Source of the DNA: Zancudomyces culisetae HAW-14-8
Lineage: Eukaryota; Fungi; Kickxellomycota
Reading direction: 5' to 3'
DNA: 64,000 nucleotides
Assembly: GCA_052426225.1 (NCBI GenBank)
Contig: JBNJNM010000008.1
Span: 1,364,001-1,428,000, forward strand
Of the stretch, positions 13,419 to 26,293 are shown piece after piece; position 1 is the stretch's first letter; each line of letters begins with the position of its first letter. Under the pieces are notes generated by a model that made no database searches, had not been told where the DNA came from, and saw only the letters and a program-made list of their open reading frames with translations. The position numbers and the translations under genes are program-made.

Positions 13419-13542
13419 AATTATTTCATCAGAAAAGCGACTATAATTGCGCGGCTACCATCATTACAATATACAAACAAGACACTAGTAGTACACGTTT
13501 TAGGGCAAAGTACACATAACAGGGGATACTAAGGGTAGCACA

Positions 13543-14563
13543 ATGTCTTCATTTAAAAAGGGTCTGCCACAGCGGGAACATCGCGAACGGTCCCAGCTAA
13601 AGTCACGCGAAAAATATGGATTGCTGGAAAAACACAAGGACTATGTTCTTAGAGCTAAAGACTATCATTTCAAGGAAACTCGATTAAAGGCTTTGCGCGA
13701 AAGAGCTCGAAACAAAAATGAAGACGAGTTTTACTTTGCAATGGAAAAGCAACGGACAAAGGAGGGGATTCCAATTGCACAGCGAAATGTCAAATTTACC
13801 AAGGAATTTTTGTTACTGCTGAAAACACAAAATGCGAAATACATTCAAATGCAGATAAATATCAATAACAATAGAATAGAAAAGCTACAAGAGATGACTG
13901 GGATATATGGTTTGGAGGATTTGGAGCGGAAGGAACAGGATGGTTCTGGAGAGGAAGACGATTCATTTGACTTTCTGAACCAAGAAGAATCTACCAATGA
14001 GATTCAAGATCCCAAGGCAAAACATGTAATATTTGTAGATAACGATGAGCAAGGTAAGATACAACTATCTAGATGTATTATATATTATTTGTAAAGTCCT
14101 TTAAATGCAAAATTGTTAACGAGAAAAAAATTTTTTTTAGTTGGAAATTTCGAACCAAGTGAGTATTTTGACACGCCAAAGGAGCTTGTTGGGAGAGACA
14201 ACAACAGAGTTAGAAGGTCCCAAGTTTCCAAAAACGCCGAGAATTTCTACATCAGCAAAAAGGCTTTAAAGGTAGCGAATGCAGTTATACAACCATATCA
14301 TAAAGCTATTGTGTTCATAGGCAATCGTATTTCGGAAATGGTTATTTAAAATCACTTTTTATACAAAATAGAAAATCTCAGTAGAAAGAGGAAGGATGAT
14401 TAGGGAATTAGCATTGAGGTTGGAGAGAAAAGACCAACTAGGCAAGGTGCTACGTGAATTGGAAATTCAAAAAGCACTTACAACAAAGGGGAGGAGGGTA
14501 AAAATTGGAGTCGATGATCTGGGCTGTAATGTTTACAAGTGGAAACCCGACAGAAAAAGATAA
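13543..14563 (+). CDS. UTP11: U3 snoRNA-associated protein Utp11, 3 exons
   Basis: MSSFKK..PQREHRERSQLKSREKYGLLEKHKDYVLRA...NEDEFYFAM at the start; the last exon ends ...VYKWKPDRKR*. Confidence 0.95.
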
Positions 14564-14567
14564 TCTT

Positions 14568-15508
14568 CTACGCTTTTGGAACAAATTTGTCATAGAATTC
14601 TTTGAGCTTTTCCTCCATTGTTTCCTGCAATAGTTCTTTCTCGTTATAGCTTATCTCCAGTGATGTTGGCCCGCCTCTGACTTTTGAGCATGGTGGTATT
14701 ACTGTGTTTGGTCCGATTACTGTGTTGTCTTCGATGTATACACAGTCCTTGATTATTGCAAACCGACCCTTTTGTTATTTATTATATTGTTGGTATTGGT
14801 TTTTTTCTAATAATCTTTTTTTATTCGATTATTCAGGTACCCTCACTTACTATAATACAGTTTTTGCCAATGTACACACATGATCCAATCGATGCTGCTT
14901 CTACTACACTGTTTTCCCCGATGTAGGTATAGTCTCCTATTTTCATCGGGTAATATCCAAAGACCCTATATTGTTGTATATCAAATACTCTTGTTGAAAC
15001 CCCCTATTACTTTGGAATGATAGAATATCGTCAAGGTAATGAAAAAAATAAAACAAAGTATTGTGATAATTACCCATTTAATATCTTGTATGGTGGCCGC
15101 AACACTGAGTTATTAGAAATTACACAGTATCTCCCTATTAGAAACGGTGGTTGATGACTGGCACCTCTTCTCCGTAGATCGCCCCGAAGTATGCTTTTTC
15201 CTTGAATTATTGTCTATAATGCCGTTTACCACACCAATTAGGTTTTATTTTTTTACCACTTGCATGGGCCTTTCGATTTCTATGTAGATTTTCTCACCTT
15301 TCCAGAAAGGACAATGTTGTGGCTTCCCAAAATCGTTGCCTTTTTGCTTATTTTGTTACCCGTTTGCTATTGTGTTTAAGTAATGCACATATATTGGCTA
15401 TTCATTTATTTACTCAGTTGTTTGCAGAAATATGATATCAAAACTTGCTACAAAACTTACCGTCACAATGTATTCTGATTGTTCGTATTCTATAAATGGT
15501 AACTCCAT
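14568..15508 (-). CDS. DCTN5: Dynactin subunit 5 (p25), 5 exons; absent from the ORF track
   Basis: Exons read [16 protein letters not shown] / [23 protein letters not shown] / [15 protein letters not shown]...[18 protein letters not shown] / [34 protein letters not shown] / [26 protein letters not shown], a hexapeptide left-handed beta-helix. Confidence 0.92.
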
Positions 15509-15835
15509 TTCTTTATCGTATTTTCCTTTGGTATCGTTATGTCTAGCTTAGCCTATTCTCATCCCTTTGCTACTGTTTTATATTTAGAAATACTACAAAT
15601 ATTTGTACAAGTATGTTAAAGCAGCTCAAATGGATAAATAAAAAAGATTACGCAGTATTTTCGCTTTTCAGGTTTATTATAAATATTTATATTTGCCGAT
15701 TTGTCAAGGGCTTGACATAAATTTTTTTAATTAGTATTTGGATGCGATATTCCGATATTATTTTCATACTTTACTTTCTAACTCCTTCAAAACTTAAATC
15801 CAATTAGTGATCCATCTTTTAAATGAACATCAGCA

Positions 15836-16914
15836 ATGCCAAAGAAATTTAAGGGTGAAAATTCTAAAGGTAAATTCAATTAATAAATATGCTTTTGTAT
15901 AAGTTTTCGATCCACTCTTTACTACGAAAAGGCTAAGCTTGCATTTAACTCGAATTATTCGTTTTTACACGCCATAGTTACTGCTGCAAAGGAAAAAAAG
16001 GCAGCTAATCAAAAAATCAAAGACGCCAAAAAAACAGAAGAGCTGGAACGATCAGAAGCAAGAAAATGGTCAACCGGTGCCAAAGACATTAGCAAGAAGG
16101 AGGTTGAACAAGCAAAAAAGGTATTACTTGACTGCCATGGCATCCTACTATCCGATAAAAATCCGTTTATACTTTTCATTTTTTTGCTCATTTACTAACA
16201 CTAAAACAATTTATTTTATTATTCAAGCTTGAGAGGCTTAACAAGAAAAAGGAAGCGGAAGATCTTTTACGGAAAGAAGAAAGCGAGCTGGCTAAGTCTA
16301 CTGTAAAAAGGCCACCTCCAAAACTAACGCCAAAAACTGCGAGTGCCATCAGCCGCGGAGATAATGTAACTCAAATTTTCTTTTCAGTGAATAATTTATT
16401 TGTATCTATTTTTGATTTGTACTAACACCACCAGATCATATTGGGTTTATTGCATTTATTTAACATTATAAGCAACATTTTGTACGTATAGAAAAAAGCA
16501 CTCAAAAAAGAACAGGAAATTCATACAGCAGCTTTGGATCACAAACCAGTTGAATCTTTTGCTGCTTCTGGTATTGATGATGCCTTGGATTTGCTTGATG
16601 TAGTAAATGTCTCGGCAAGTTCTACTAGTACGAAGGGACCTTCCTCGTCCAATACTCTTATTGATCGACATCCGGAACGCCGCCATAAGGCTGCATTAAA
16701 GATGTTTGAAGAGCGAGAGTTGCCACGGATCCGTGAAGAGTATAAAGGCCTCAAGCTTCAGCAACACAAACAGATATTATGGAAAGAGTGGCAAAAATCA
16801 CCCGAAAATCCATTTAACCAGTCCAACCTCAACTACAACGCTACACAGGAAGAGATTGGTAAGCTTTTGGAGGAGCACGCAGACAGCATTAAAGATAGGC
16901 TAAGAATAGAGTAA
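15836..16914 (+). CDS. CCDC124: CCDC124/Lso2/Oxs1 family ribosome-hibernation protein, 4 exons
   Basis: MPKKFKGENSK start; C-terminal ASGIDDALDLL...IDRHPERRHKAA...FEERELPRIREE..GLKLQQ...LWKEWQKSPENPFN. Confidence 0.92.
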
Positions 16915-18361
16915 CATATCTCATATGTGGTCACCATACTATTATTTTTGTATGGTTTTTTTTTTGTTCGGTTGTGAATACCATTGCAGGTATCTATATC
17001 TTTGCTTTTATGGGTTTGATAGAATATACAAAATGTGCAGAGCTTTTAGTTGTAAATTTAGTAATAAAACTTTGTCATTTTATGCCTGAGTCAGTCTCCT
17101 GTAGTATTTTCCCCATCAACTCCCTAATTGGGAAACTGTTTTAAACGCAACCTATTCCGCACCACATTCTTTAGAAATGAAATAAAAGGAGAATGACTAT
17201 AAGACCACACCTTTCCATCCGACCCGTGAAGTTGAGCCATATTTACTCAGTATTAGAATCCCGCTGAGCATGTTTAGCTCCTTATATATATATATAGTTG
17301 ATAACCCTCAGGCATATTTGTAACATGGCAAAGGATGTACACAAAAACGGGTTTTTATCCAATCATAAATTAAAAGAATTTGTTTTTTGGGAGGGAGGGA
17401 GGGACCAGAACAATAACTTAAGATGTTAATACGCCCCACACTAATTGAAATTCAGAAAATAAGCCCATTTGGTTATCAAAGGATAATATAAGCATCTAAA
17501 TATATCAAAAAACTACGTTTTGTTTAGTTCCTGGTGCAGATATATAAGTGCATACTTTGGTAAATGTATATGTCTGTACTACAATTACCTTACCCCAACT
17601 CCAACTCCAACCCTAACTTATCAAACATAAACTATAAATGCTGGTATGTGATACTGCGTCTATACTTGCACTTTTCAGACGCTTGTTTCAGTAAATTCTG
17701 GTTTCTAGGCTGGTAGGTGAGAGGATTTTAGCCTGACAGGTGTTAATAGCTGAAGTACCAAACAGTTTGCGCAAAACAGGTAACTATTCGTGCCCAGAAT
17801 TTTTTATTTGCTTATTCCGTTTGCCCAGAACCGATAGTTTAATTAGTCTTCTTGGGTTGCTGACCCATCAATTTCACATTAAAAAGGAATTTTTTTTCAT
17901 GGACTGATCCAGCCCGCTTCTAATTGTATCAGCATTGGTTAAAAGGTTGTAAATCGAGAACATGTTTAATGTACATCTGGAAGCTGTTTTGGAACCCTGG
18001 TAATACGATGCTCGTTTAATAGAACGCTCAGGTTTTCGATGTTCATTCATGTGCGTGCACTTTAGTCACATAAATACTGTTTACAGCTACTCTCGGGTAT
18101 TGACATTTTCATCATAATTCAAATGTAGTTAACGCATTAAACGTTGTAAATAGCCTTTTCTTTTGACGAATTTACACCATTTTTTTAAAGAAAATACTAT
18201 ATAGTGCATTATTTTAAGTACTCTGCATAATATTTTAAACATCCGAACAGTGTTGTGATAATTTTAATTGATTAGCTTTGAGGCTAGAGTATACTGAGAA
18301 ATCCTGATAAGAAAGCTACAATAAGAAGAAAAGCAGTTCTAAACTCGACAACGTGAACTCA

Positions 18362-20915
18362 ATGAGCAATTCAAGTAATTCATCTTTATGTTACAGATTT
18401 TTATATAATACTTAATAATTCTTTGTTGTATTCCACTCTTTATACCCATAAGGGATCATATTCACCTTGATAATCTACATGAAAAATATAGCTGAAAAAT
18501 ACAAAACCTTTGGAGGGTATACACCCGACATCGATGAGAGTAGAGAAAACATCGATAAAGGTGCTGAGAATGAATCTGTATTTATTGATGACCTTACAAA
18601 TACAACCGTCGAAGAAAAAGATTCTACCACCACACCATGTTATCGAGAAATGACTCCTTTAATTTTAAAACTCGTTACAGGTTCAATTATTCTAGCGACT
18701 CCTTGGTTGATTATTTTTTTGTTAAACCCGAACGTGAGAATATTGAAAAAAATGAGCATTTACGACCCCAACTATAACAAAAAGGCACTCTTACAATCAA
18801 TAATGGCATTTTCCCTGGTATCCTCTATGTGTTGGGCATTATGGATCATTAGTAAACCGGTATTTTGCGTCTTACCGGATATGACCTACTATGCTTTAAA
18901 AAGGTTAAAAATTATAGACACTGTGGAGCTGATACGGTTCATTGAAGTAAGTCTTTTCATGTACGATTATCATTAAAAGTTATGAAGAAAAAAAGTCATT
19001 TGCCTCATCAACAAGTTTTTTTAAAACCCAGTATTATAGAATTGTGGAAAACCATTTGAGACTGGTATTTGTAAGCGCTATTGCAGTATTAACCTGGGCA
19101 TCCATTTTTTTTGACAGCGAGATGGCTTTATACAAAAGAAATGTAAATAAAGTCCTTTGGTGCAATTATTTCTACGACGCGTTGTTGGTAGTATTGTTTT
19201 CCACAGTACTTTTCTTACTTGGTAAGTTTTTCTTAATTTTTATAGATATGTTATATAAAAATATATTTGTTTATATATAATACAACACTAACACTACATT
19301 CGTCCGGGCATGTTCCGCGATCATATGCAAATATATACTTTTACAGAAAAAGTGATTATCAAAAATTTATGTAAGTTGCTAAGAATTAAGCTAATCATAG
19401 CAAAACAGCACATAACTTAATATGTGAATGGATTTCTACATTAATAGCTGAAGTATACGATAGCGTTAACTATAACGACAGAAGTGAGAAACAGACCAAA
19501 ATCCAAGAAGCAATAGTAACATTAGAAACTTCCGATTATAAGGCCCCGGTTGTTCATGTCCTTAAACCAGAGGACCAAAAGCTAAGAGTGTCTACTATTT
19601 CTAAGCGACGCTCTAGCATTTTAGATTTACAAATATTAAACAAGATTAGACGAGAAGACGTTTACAAGAGTGGTGAAGAGCTCTTCAAGAAGATACTTGG
19701 TTCTGATAAAAGAAATTACTTGACATATGAAGACTTTATTCCATTTTTTGATGACAGTGAAAAGGCTGCAGAAGCATACGAGCTATTTGATCCAAACAAA
19801 AACGGAAATGTATCTCTAGACGAGTTCCTTGATGTTTTCTTTTTTTGTTATTCCGAAAACAAGCTGCTAGTCAAAGTCAAGCTGGATATGTCTGAAGTAT
19901 TGGAAAAATTACATACATTTATGCTTGCCATCTGTCTGATGATCATAGTTGTTGTTGTTTTGATGTTATTCTCACTTGAACCTCTGAAAAATCTTTCTGG
20001 ACTTGCCACTTTGGTCATCGGTAAAATTTCTCAATATCTATTAACGTATTTTTGTTGTAAGCATGGCTAGATTCAAGCATGAGCATAAAAACTAATGGTT
20101 ATCGCTTTTCTATAGCATGGAGTTTTATGTTTGGAAATTCATGCAAAAGGGCCTTTGACTGTTTCGTATTTTTGTTTGTCAATCATCCATATGATGTTGG
20201 TAAGTCTTTATTGCATTTACTGGATATATTCAAATTGTACCCATTTTTTGCCCGGAAATACAACGCTTGAGCAATGCTAATACCTGAGTATCAAACAAAA
20301 TAGGAGACCGCGTTTATTTTGATGGAGAAACTTATATGGTTCTGAAAATACGATTACTATCCACCGTATTTAGGGACAGATTAAACCAAGTAGTTAACAT
20401 TCCTAATAGCTTGCTAATGGAGAAAAAAATAGCGAATTTCCGACTCACTCAAAACCAGAAAAAGAGCATAAGTAAGTTTTAGTCAAACCTAAGAAATAGA
20501 TCACTATCATTTCTTTTATATCCTGAAAGAAAAAAAATGCTAAAACACCCGACCCTGGTATACTATTATAATAGTTTTGGATGTAAGCTTCAATACGCCC
20601 ACCGAAAAGCTACTGGAGCTCACTAAGAGGGTTCAAAACTTTGTTGACAGCAATAAATTGGATTTCAAAAGCCCTATGCAGGTCAAGTACCGAGCAGTTG
20701 AAAAGTCAGCACTTATGAAGATTGAGTATCTCTTTACGAACAGATCCACTTGGCAAAACAATGCTAACAAATGGAAAGTTAGTAATAAATTCTTTCTTTT
20801 TGTTAAAGAACAAATGGCAGACTTGGGAATTACATACTCTACTGAAATGCAGAATATCAGGATCCACAACGCGCACCAGGCCGATATAGATTTTTCTGGA
20901 GAAACCTCTGCCTAA
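18362..20915 (+). CDS. MscS-like mechanosensitive channel with EF-hand (Msy1/Msy2 type), multi-exon
   Basis: N-terminal transmembrane exons; EF-hand LFDPNKNGNVSLDEF; MscS motif WSFMFGNS...FVFLFVNHPYDVG/DRVYF...VLKIRLLSTVF...IPNSLL...IANFR; C-terminal DVSFNTP. The start at 18362 (micro-exon) is tentative. Confidence 0.85.
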
Positions 20916-21290
20916 CTTTATCTGTTTTAATTAACGTATCTCACTTGAATAGGTATGATACTCACAGCACAACGTACAAACCGTCCCCATTCCTAGAGTT
21001 ACCAAACTAGGATTTTACCTTTTGGTGGCTGTATCCTATACTTTTTAGAACACCAATTCATTGAATTGAATTGCTCACACTTTTTACTTACCCCTACCCC
21101 TATCCTTACCTTTACCCTTGCTCTTTCTTCATACTACTGTCCATTAATTGTGATTAAAATACAATGTCTAGCCTGAAGTACATAGTCTCTGTTTTATTTG
21201 TAACTTTTATTCATAGATTCAACTACTGCAATAAAAAAAAGTTCAGTAAAAGCGAAAAACTAGAAGAGTTGTTTAATATTGGCCCCCGCC

Positions 21291-21890
21291 TTAAAGCTCT
21301 GCGTGAATCTTTTCGCTTGGCAATGGCAGCTCACCGGAATCGGCTATTACAACATCCTCTACGGGTGTACTTCCCCGGACACTTGTGTTTTCAATTGTGG
21401 TGACAACATCCATTCCCTTCATCACCTGTCCAAAGACGACATGTTTGCCATCCAACCAGGGTGTAGGCACTGTGGTGATGAAGAACTGCGATCCATTTGT
21501 ATTCTTTCCTGCATTGGCCATCGAAAGGAGTCCCTTTGTGGTATGCTTGATTTTGAAGTTTTCATCATCGAAGCGCTTTCCGTAGATAGATTTTCCACCA
21601 GTACCATCGTGGTTAGTGAAATCGCCTCCTTGGATCATAAATTGCTTGATTACGCGGTGAAACTTGGAGTCCTTGTATCCAAAACCACGCTCATTTGTTG
21701 CAAGAGCACGGAAGTTCTCGACAGTCTTTGGGACAGTACCCCCGAACAATCCGATTTCAATTCGGCCCAACTCCTTGTCGCCTTGTTTTATGTCGAAATA
21801 CACAATGTTTGTGATGGCAGGTCCCCGCTTTGCAAGTGCAAGGGTGAGATAAAGCGTAAGCCCAAGCAGATAGAGTATTTTCTTGATCAT
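21291..21890 (-). CDS. PPIB: Cyclophilin B (ER peptidyl-prolyl isomerase)
   Basis: Signal peptide, [35 protein letters not shown] and [10 protein letters not shown] motifs, and a C-terminal HAEL. Confidence 0.96.
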   Translation of the reverse strand: MIKKILYLLGLTLYLTLALAKRGPAITNIVYFDIKQGDKELGRIEIGLFGGTVPKTVENFRALATNERGFGYKDSKFHRVIKQFMIQGGDFTNHDGTGGKSIYGKRFDDENFKIKHTTKGLLSMANAGKNTNGSQFFITTVPTPWLDGKHVVFGQVMKGMDVVTTIENTSVRGSTPVEDVVIADSGELPLPSEKIHAEL

Positions 21891-22811
21891 CTTTTTTCTT
21901 TTTTGAGATTATACAGATTAATAAAGTTGTATAATAGATTATAACGCTTTTCCTGACTTTAAATATGTAAAAGTGAAATCTAAAACTGTTAAAGTAAATT
22001 ATAAAAAGTGCTAATGTTCCAGATGCTGAAAATCCATTTGTGCAAAAGCATTGTTTATTTGTTTACTTGTTTGTGATTGTTTAGAATTCCAGAGTGTGCA
22101 AAATAGTTGTTGGAAATCAATTGGCCATGCAAGTTTAGTCGACTCTTTTCAGCTCTGATCTTTAATTTTCTTTTATTCCCCCTCTTTTTGTGTAACCAAA
22201 TTTGCACCAATATATTTCAGCGTATTTAGTGGTGGTGGATTCTAGCCAGATGAAATATTTAAAACGAAGGTAAAAGAGGAATACAAAAAGCAAAAAGCGA
22301 ATTTTGGTTAAGCTTTTGGGTTATTTGTAGGTGGGTTGTAACTGTGTAGGTTCATGAATACTGCCTGCTCTAAATGGTGTACATATTCTTGTATTTGATA
22401 TATATAGTTGTAGGTGTAGATTTAGGTGTAGATGTAGGTTTAGGCGTATGAGGCTGGATAAAGAAGATTCTAACAAGCTAAATATCGCAAAAACATGAAA
22501 GAGGTGTTATCATTCAGCTGTTGCTAATTATTCACTAGTTATACATTACTCATCATTTGCAAAATAATTTTTGCTAAAATCTGAAAAGGGCCAATTAAAG
22601 GACATGAGTCGACATTTCAGGGATATTGGTGATGAGATTGAGTGTCATTTTAGTTCTATCAACTGAAAACCTATAAAAATAAAAGCAAAGTGTGATTAAC
22701 AGAAGAAAATCATAACCATAAAACTAAAAAATAAAAACCTCTGGATAAGAACCCAGGAATATAATAGTAAATCACCTCCAAAGCGAATTTTGCAGTGGGA
22801 AAATAGCCAGA

Positions 22812-24269
22812 ATGGAAGAAATCGCAAGAAGAGCCAGAGATGCGGCCAACGTGCTACAATGTGCAACTTCAGAGCACAAGACCGCCACATTAAAAAATAT
22901 ATACAAAATCCTAAAAGACAACAAGAATAAGATATTTGAAGAAAATGAAAAGGATTTGGCGGTAAGTTAAATTTAGTTTATTTTATGGAGAGTGGTGATT
23001 GTATTTAATTGTAAAACGAATGACACGCTAACTATACTAAGGATGTACTATGCACTACAGGAAGCACAAAGACGGGTTGACCAGGGAGAACTCAGCGCTA
23101 GTTTGTTTAAAAGACTAGATATAAAGGGAAAAGATGGAGGAAAGTTTGAGGAAATGCTCAGCGGGATTAAAGAAGTGGAAAATTTGGAAGATCCAATAGG
23201 AAAAACAACGCTAGCAAAAGAGCTAGACGCAGGACTCGAGCTGTATAGAGTTACATGTGCCGTGGGTGTGATACTAGTCATATTTGAAGCTCGCCCAGAG
23301 GTGGTAGTGAACATAGCTTGTCTTGCTATAAAGACAGGTAATGCAGCAATTCTGAAAGGAGGTAAAGAGGCGCAATACACCAACAGATTGTTGGCGAAAT
23401 TGATTGGTGAAGCCGTGCAAGCGGCCAAAAAGGAATGCGGGGGATGGATTCCAGAAGATGCGGTGCAATTAGTAGAAACAAGGGAGCAAATAAGCGAGTT
23501 GTTGGAGCAAGATGAATATATAGATCTAGTGATCCCAAGAGGGTCAAATTCACTTGTCAAGTACATAAAAAATTCGACTCGGATACCTGTTTTAGGGCAT
23601 GCAGATGGAATATGCTCGATATATTTAGACGAGTCTGCAGACGTTGAAAAGGCAAAGCGCATTGTGGTTGATGCAAAGACAAATTACACAGCAGCCTGTA
23701 ATGCAGCGGAAACACTATTGGTCAATGAAAACCTACTTAAAAATGAATTTCTACAAGTGGCCAAGGAGTTAATTGATAACAATGTTCTTCTTAGACTGGA
23801 TGCTCGCACGTATGAGGCTGTAGACGCCGCTCGCAGTGAACTCGGGATCAGCTCGTCCAACTACGTGCAGGCTCATGAAAACGATTTCCACACCGAGTTT
23901 TTGAGCCTTGAGATTGCCGTAAAGTCGGTTAGCTCAGTACAAGAGGCAATCAGACATATCAACACCCATGGATCCAAACACACTGATGCCATCGTTACTG
24001 AAAACAAAGAAAATGCAGACTTGTTCATGAAAATGGTTGACGCAGCCGGTGTGTACTGGAATGCGTCTACTCGCTTTGCTGATGGATTTAGATACGGCTT
24101 CGGAACCGAGGTTGGTGTCTCTACTAACAAAACACATGCACGAGGACCTGTTGGATTGGAAGGCTTAACTATCTATAAGTACAAGCTGTATGGAAATGGT
24201 CACATTGTTGGAAACTACGGTACTGGTCCTGGAAAGCGCTCCTACACTCATAAAAACATTCCCTTTTGA
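22812..24269 (+). CDS. PRO2: Gamma-glutamyl phosphate reductase, 2 exons (intron 22962-23060)
   Basis: GVILVIFEARP, GNAAILKGGKEA, IDLVIPRGSN, PVLGHADGIC, AACNAAETLLV, NASTRFADGFRYGFGTEVGVSTNKTHARGPVGLEGL. Confidence 0.96.
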
Positions 24270-24448
24270 TTCCTTTTTTTTTGCGTTTCTCGTTGCCTTA
24301 TTTGTATTTAGCGCATTTTACCTTTTCCCATTTTTTCACAAATTAAACCATCATTCTCGTTTTTATTTTTTTTAGATAACTTGGAAGCGTTTACAGGCTT
24401 CCAAACAAACGAGTTTGTATATAAAAAATCATACAAAACAGTAAAGTA

Positions 24449-25219
24449 TTAATATACTTTTGAAATACTGCTTCTCCTTTTGCCTCTTCTGATTACTGCC
24501 TGCCGGGCAAGCCCCTTTATCATGTTGATTCTTTCTTTTCTATCCGATATATCATTGTAAACTTTGCATTCATATTGTTGTGGTGGATCTCTTGTGTTCA
24601 ACAAACAGATGAGTTTTTCCCTTTCTGCATCTCCGACCCTGATGATACACGTTTTGTTTTTATCCATTACTAGGCTCTCGTTATTGATCAATACCCCACT
24701 TAGCTTACTCGATTTTGAAGTAACACATCTGCTATTGTTTTTTAGACTATACTTATAGAGATCAACTCTTTCACATGCACAGTTTGCTTGGTCCATTTTA
24801 GAGTAGATATCCTTGTATAAACAACCTTTATTTGCTTTATATTTGCTAGTTTTAGTACTCTCAAGTAGGTATTTTTCGTTTTGGTTATAGTCACCAAAAC
24901 CAGCTCCATATCCAAAATTATAGTGAAGTTGAAAATTCCCATCAGCCATCATATTTTTAGGACACACCTCCTTCTTAGCTAGGTAACCCGATGGTATAAC
25001 ATCATTATCTGGAGGGCCTAACCTAATATTTTCGTATTTATTTGAGGCTTGTATCATATTCAAGATATCGTCTATACCATCATCTACGGGGTTTTGCAGC
25101 ATAGAGGCCTGGTTTTCCTGTATTCTAAAATTTAGTTGGGCTTGGTAGCTCAAAGTGCTAGCATAGCCATCTTTGATGTTAAACTGGTCGTTTATTTTTT
25201 CTCTGACACTTTCAAACAT
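24449..25219 (-). CDS. Hypothetical protein, 256 aa, family not recognised
   Basis: A 771-nt open frame in AT-rich DNA with protein-like composition and no recognised motif. An upstream exon is possible (acceptor-like ACAG just 5' of the ATG). Confidence 0.55.
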   Translation of the reverse strand: MFESVREKINDQFNIKDGYASTLSYQAQLNFRIQENQASMLQNPVDDGIDDILNMIQASNKYENIRLGPPDNDVIPSGYLAKKEVCPKNMMADGNFQLHYNFGYGAGFGDYNQNEKYLLESTKTSKYKANKGCLYKDIYSKMDQANCACERVDLYKYSLKNNSRCVTSKSSKLSGVLINNESLVMDKNKTCIIRVGDAEREKLICLLNTRDPPQQYECKVYNDISDRKERINMIKGLARQAVIRRGKRRSSISKVY

Positions 25220-26293
25220 TTCAACAACCTGTATTCCGTTTTGACTATTTACTAGTTTTCACTTGTAAAATATGTATTTTTTTGGAACAAAAAGTAGTTT
25301 GATTCAATAGTGCCTGACGCTATGCTTGGTAGTATGAATGGGATAGAGCAAAGGAAAAAGATAGATGCAGGGAATAGATGAAATGTTTAGGAACAAGATA
25401 ACTTATTTTAATACTTCTGAAGAGTGATATTATATACATTTTGGCTAACAATTTTTTGGTGTACCGAGACTACTGTTTTAGGAAAGCACGCCCAAAATAA
25501 ATGTTGATATGACATTTGATAAAGCGTGGATAATGGAGCGTAATCACATCCATTTTACAAATATACAATGCATTTTCATATCAGAATACGCTTGTTTTGG
25601 ATCAATTGTTGTTATTTCCTATTTAAAATATTTTGGTTTTTAGGTATTATAATAAAATATTAACTCATTATGCTTGTCGGCAAAAGATCTCAGGCATTTG
25701 CTAAGAAATTTTGATGATAATCGCTCTTGTATAAAGCATGATTTGCCTTATTTTCGTTGTGGTTCGGGTGCAAATAATCCAAGTAGCATATTGGAATTAA
25801 GCAGGGCTATAAGGAAATAATATAAAGGGCATGATTTCCCACATTTATAGCACATTTATTGTGAATAAGTAAAATGTTGTAAACTGCGGTTGATATACCT
25901 AGCAACCTTTTTGTGGGAGGTGGTAGCTTGTTTGTAGTATCTATTTGAAACAATAACCACTTGTTTTGATTGGTGGTATCCGGTTGCCATTGTAGAATAC
26001 TCCACTTTGTGTTGGCACTGCGGGCTCTCCAAGGTGTAACCAAATAATAAAGAAAAGATAGGTGGCATGAAGCAACTCGATAGTAGCATACATAAATATA
26101 CTAGTCAAACAGTAACCAGAAAAAAAAATGGTTTGGCTTTTATATCCGATATTTTTGAGCGAATGATTTTTTGTTAACACATTTTGAGCGATCAGGTCGA
26201 TTTGTTAAAGCAAAAAGATGTGTTTTTGCTTTGATTAAAAAAAAAAGCGAGAATAAAAAATAAATATTGTAAACATAGGTTTTCCTTAATAGA

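Noticed and set aside
17210-17230. CCATCCGACCCGT resembling LSU rRNA, as a possible C/D snoRNA guide on the minus strand
   Set aside because: No C box, and no D box positioned after the putative guide.
17591-17620. CAACCCTAAC as a telomerase RNA template
   Set aside because: It is part of a degenerate CCAACT hexamer run, and no supporting telomerase RNA structure is visible.
21279-21944. 221-aa ORF antisense to cyclophilin B
   Set aside because: Mirror-frame ORF over a conserved, codon-biased gene. It has a TTG start and no independent motifs.
23048-23662. 204-aa ORF antisense to PRO2, and similar shadows on SF3B2, MCM7, USP and VAC14
   Set aside because: Explained by codon bias and low complexity on the coding strand; the S/F/L-rich translations look non-biological.
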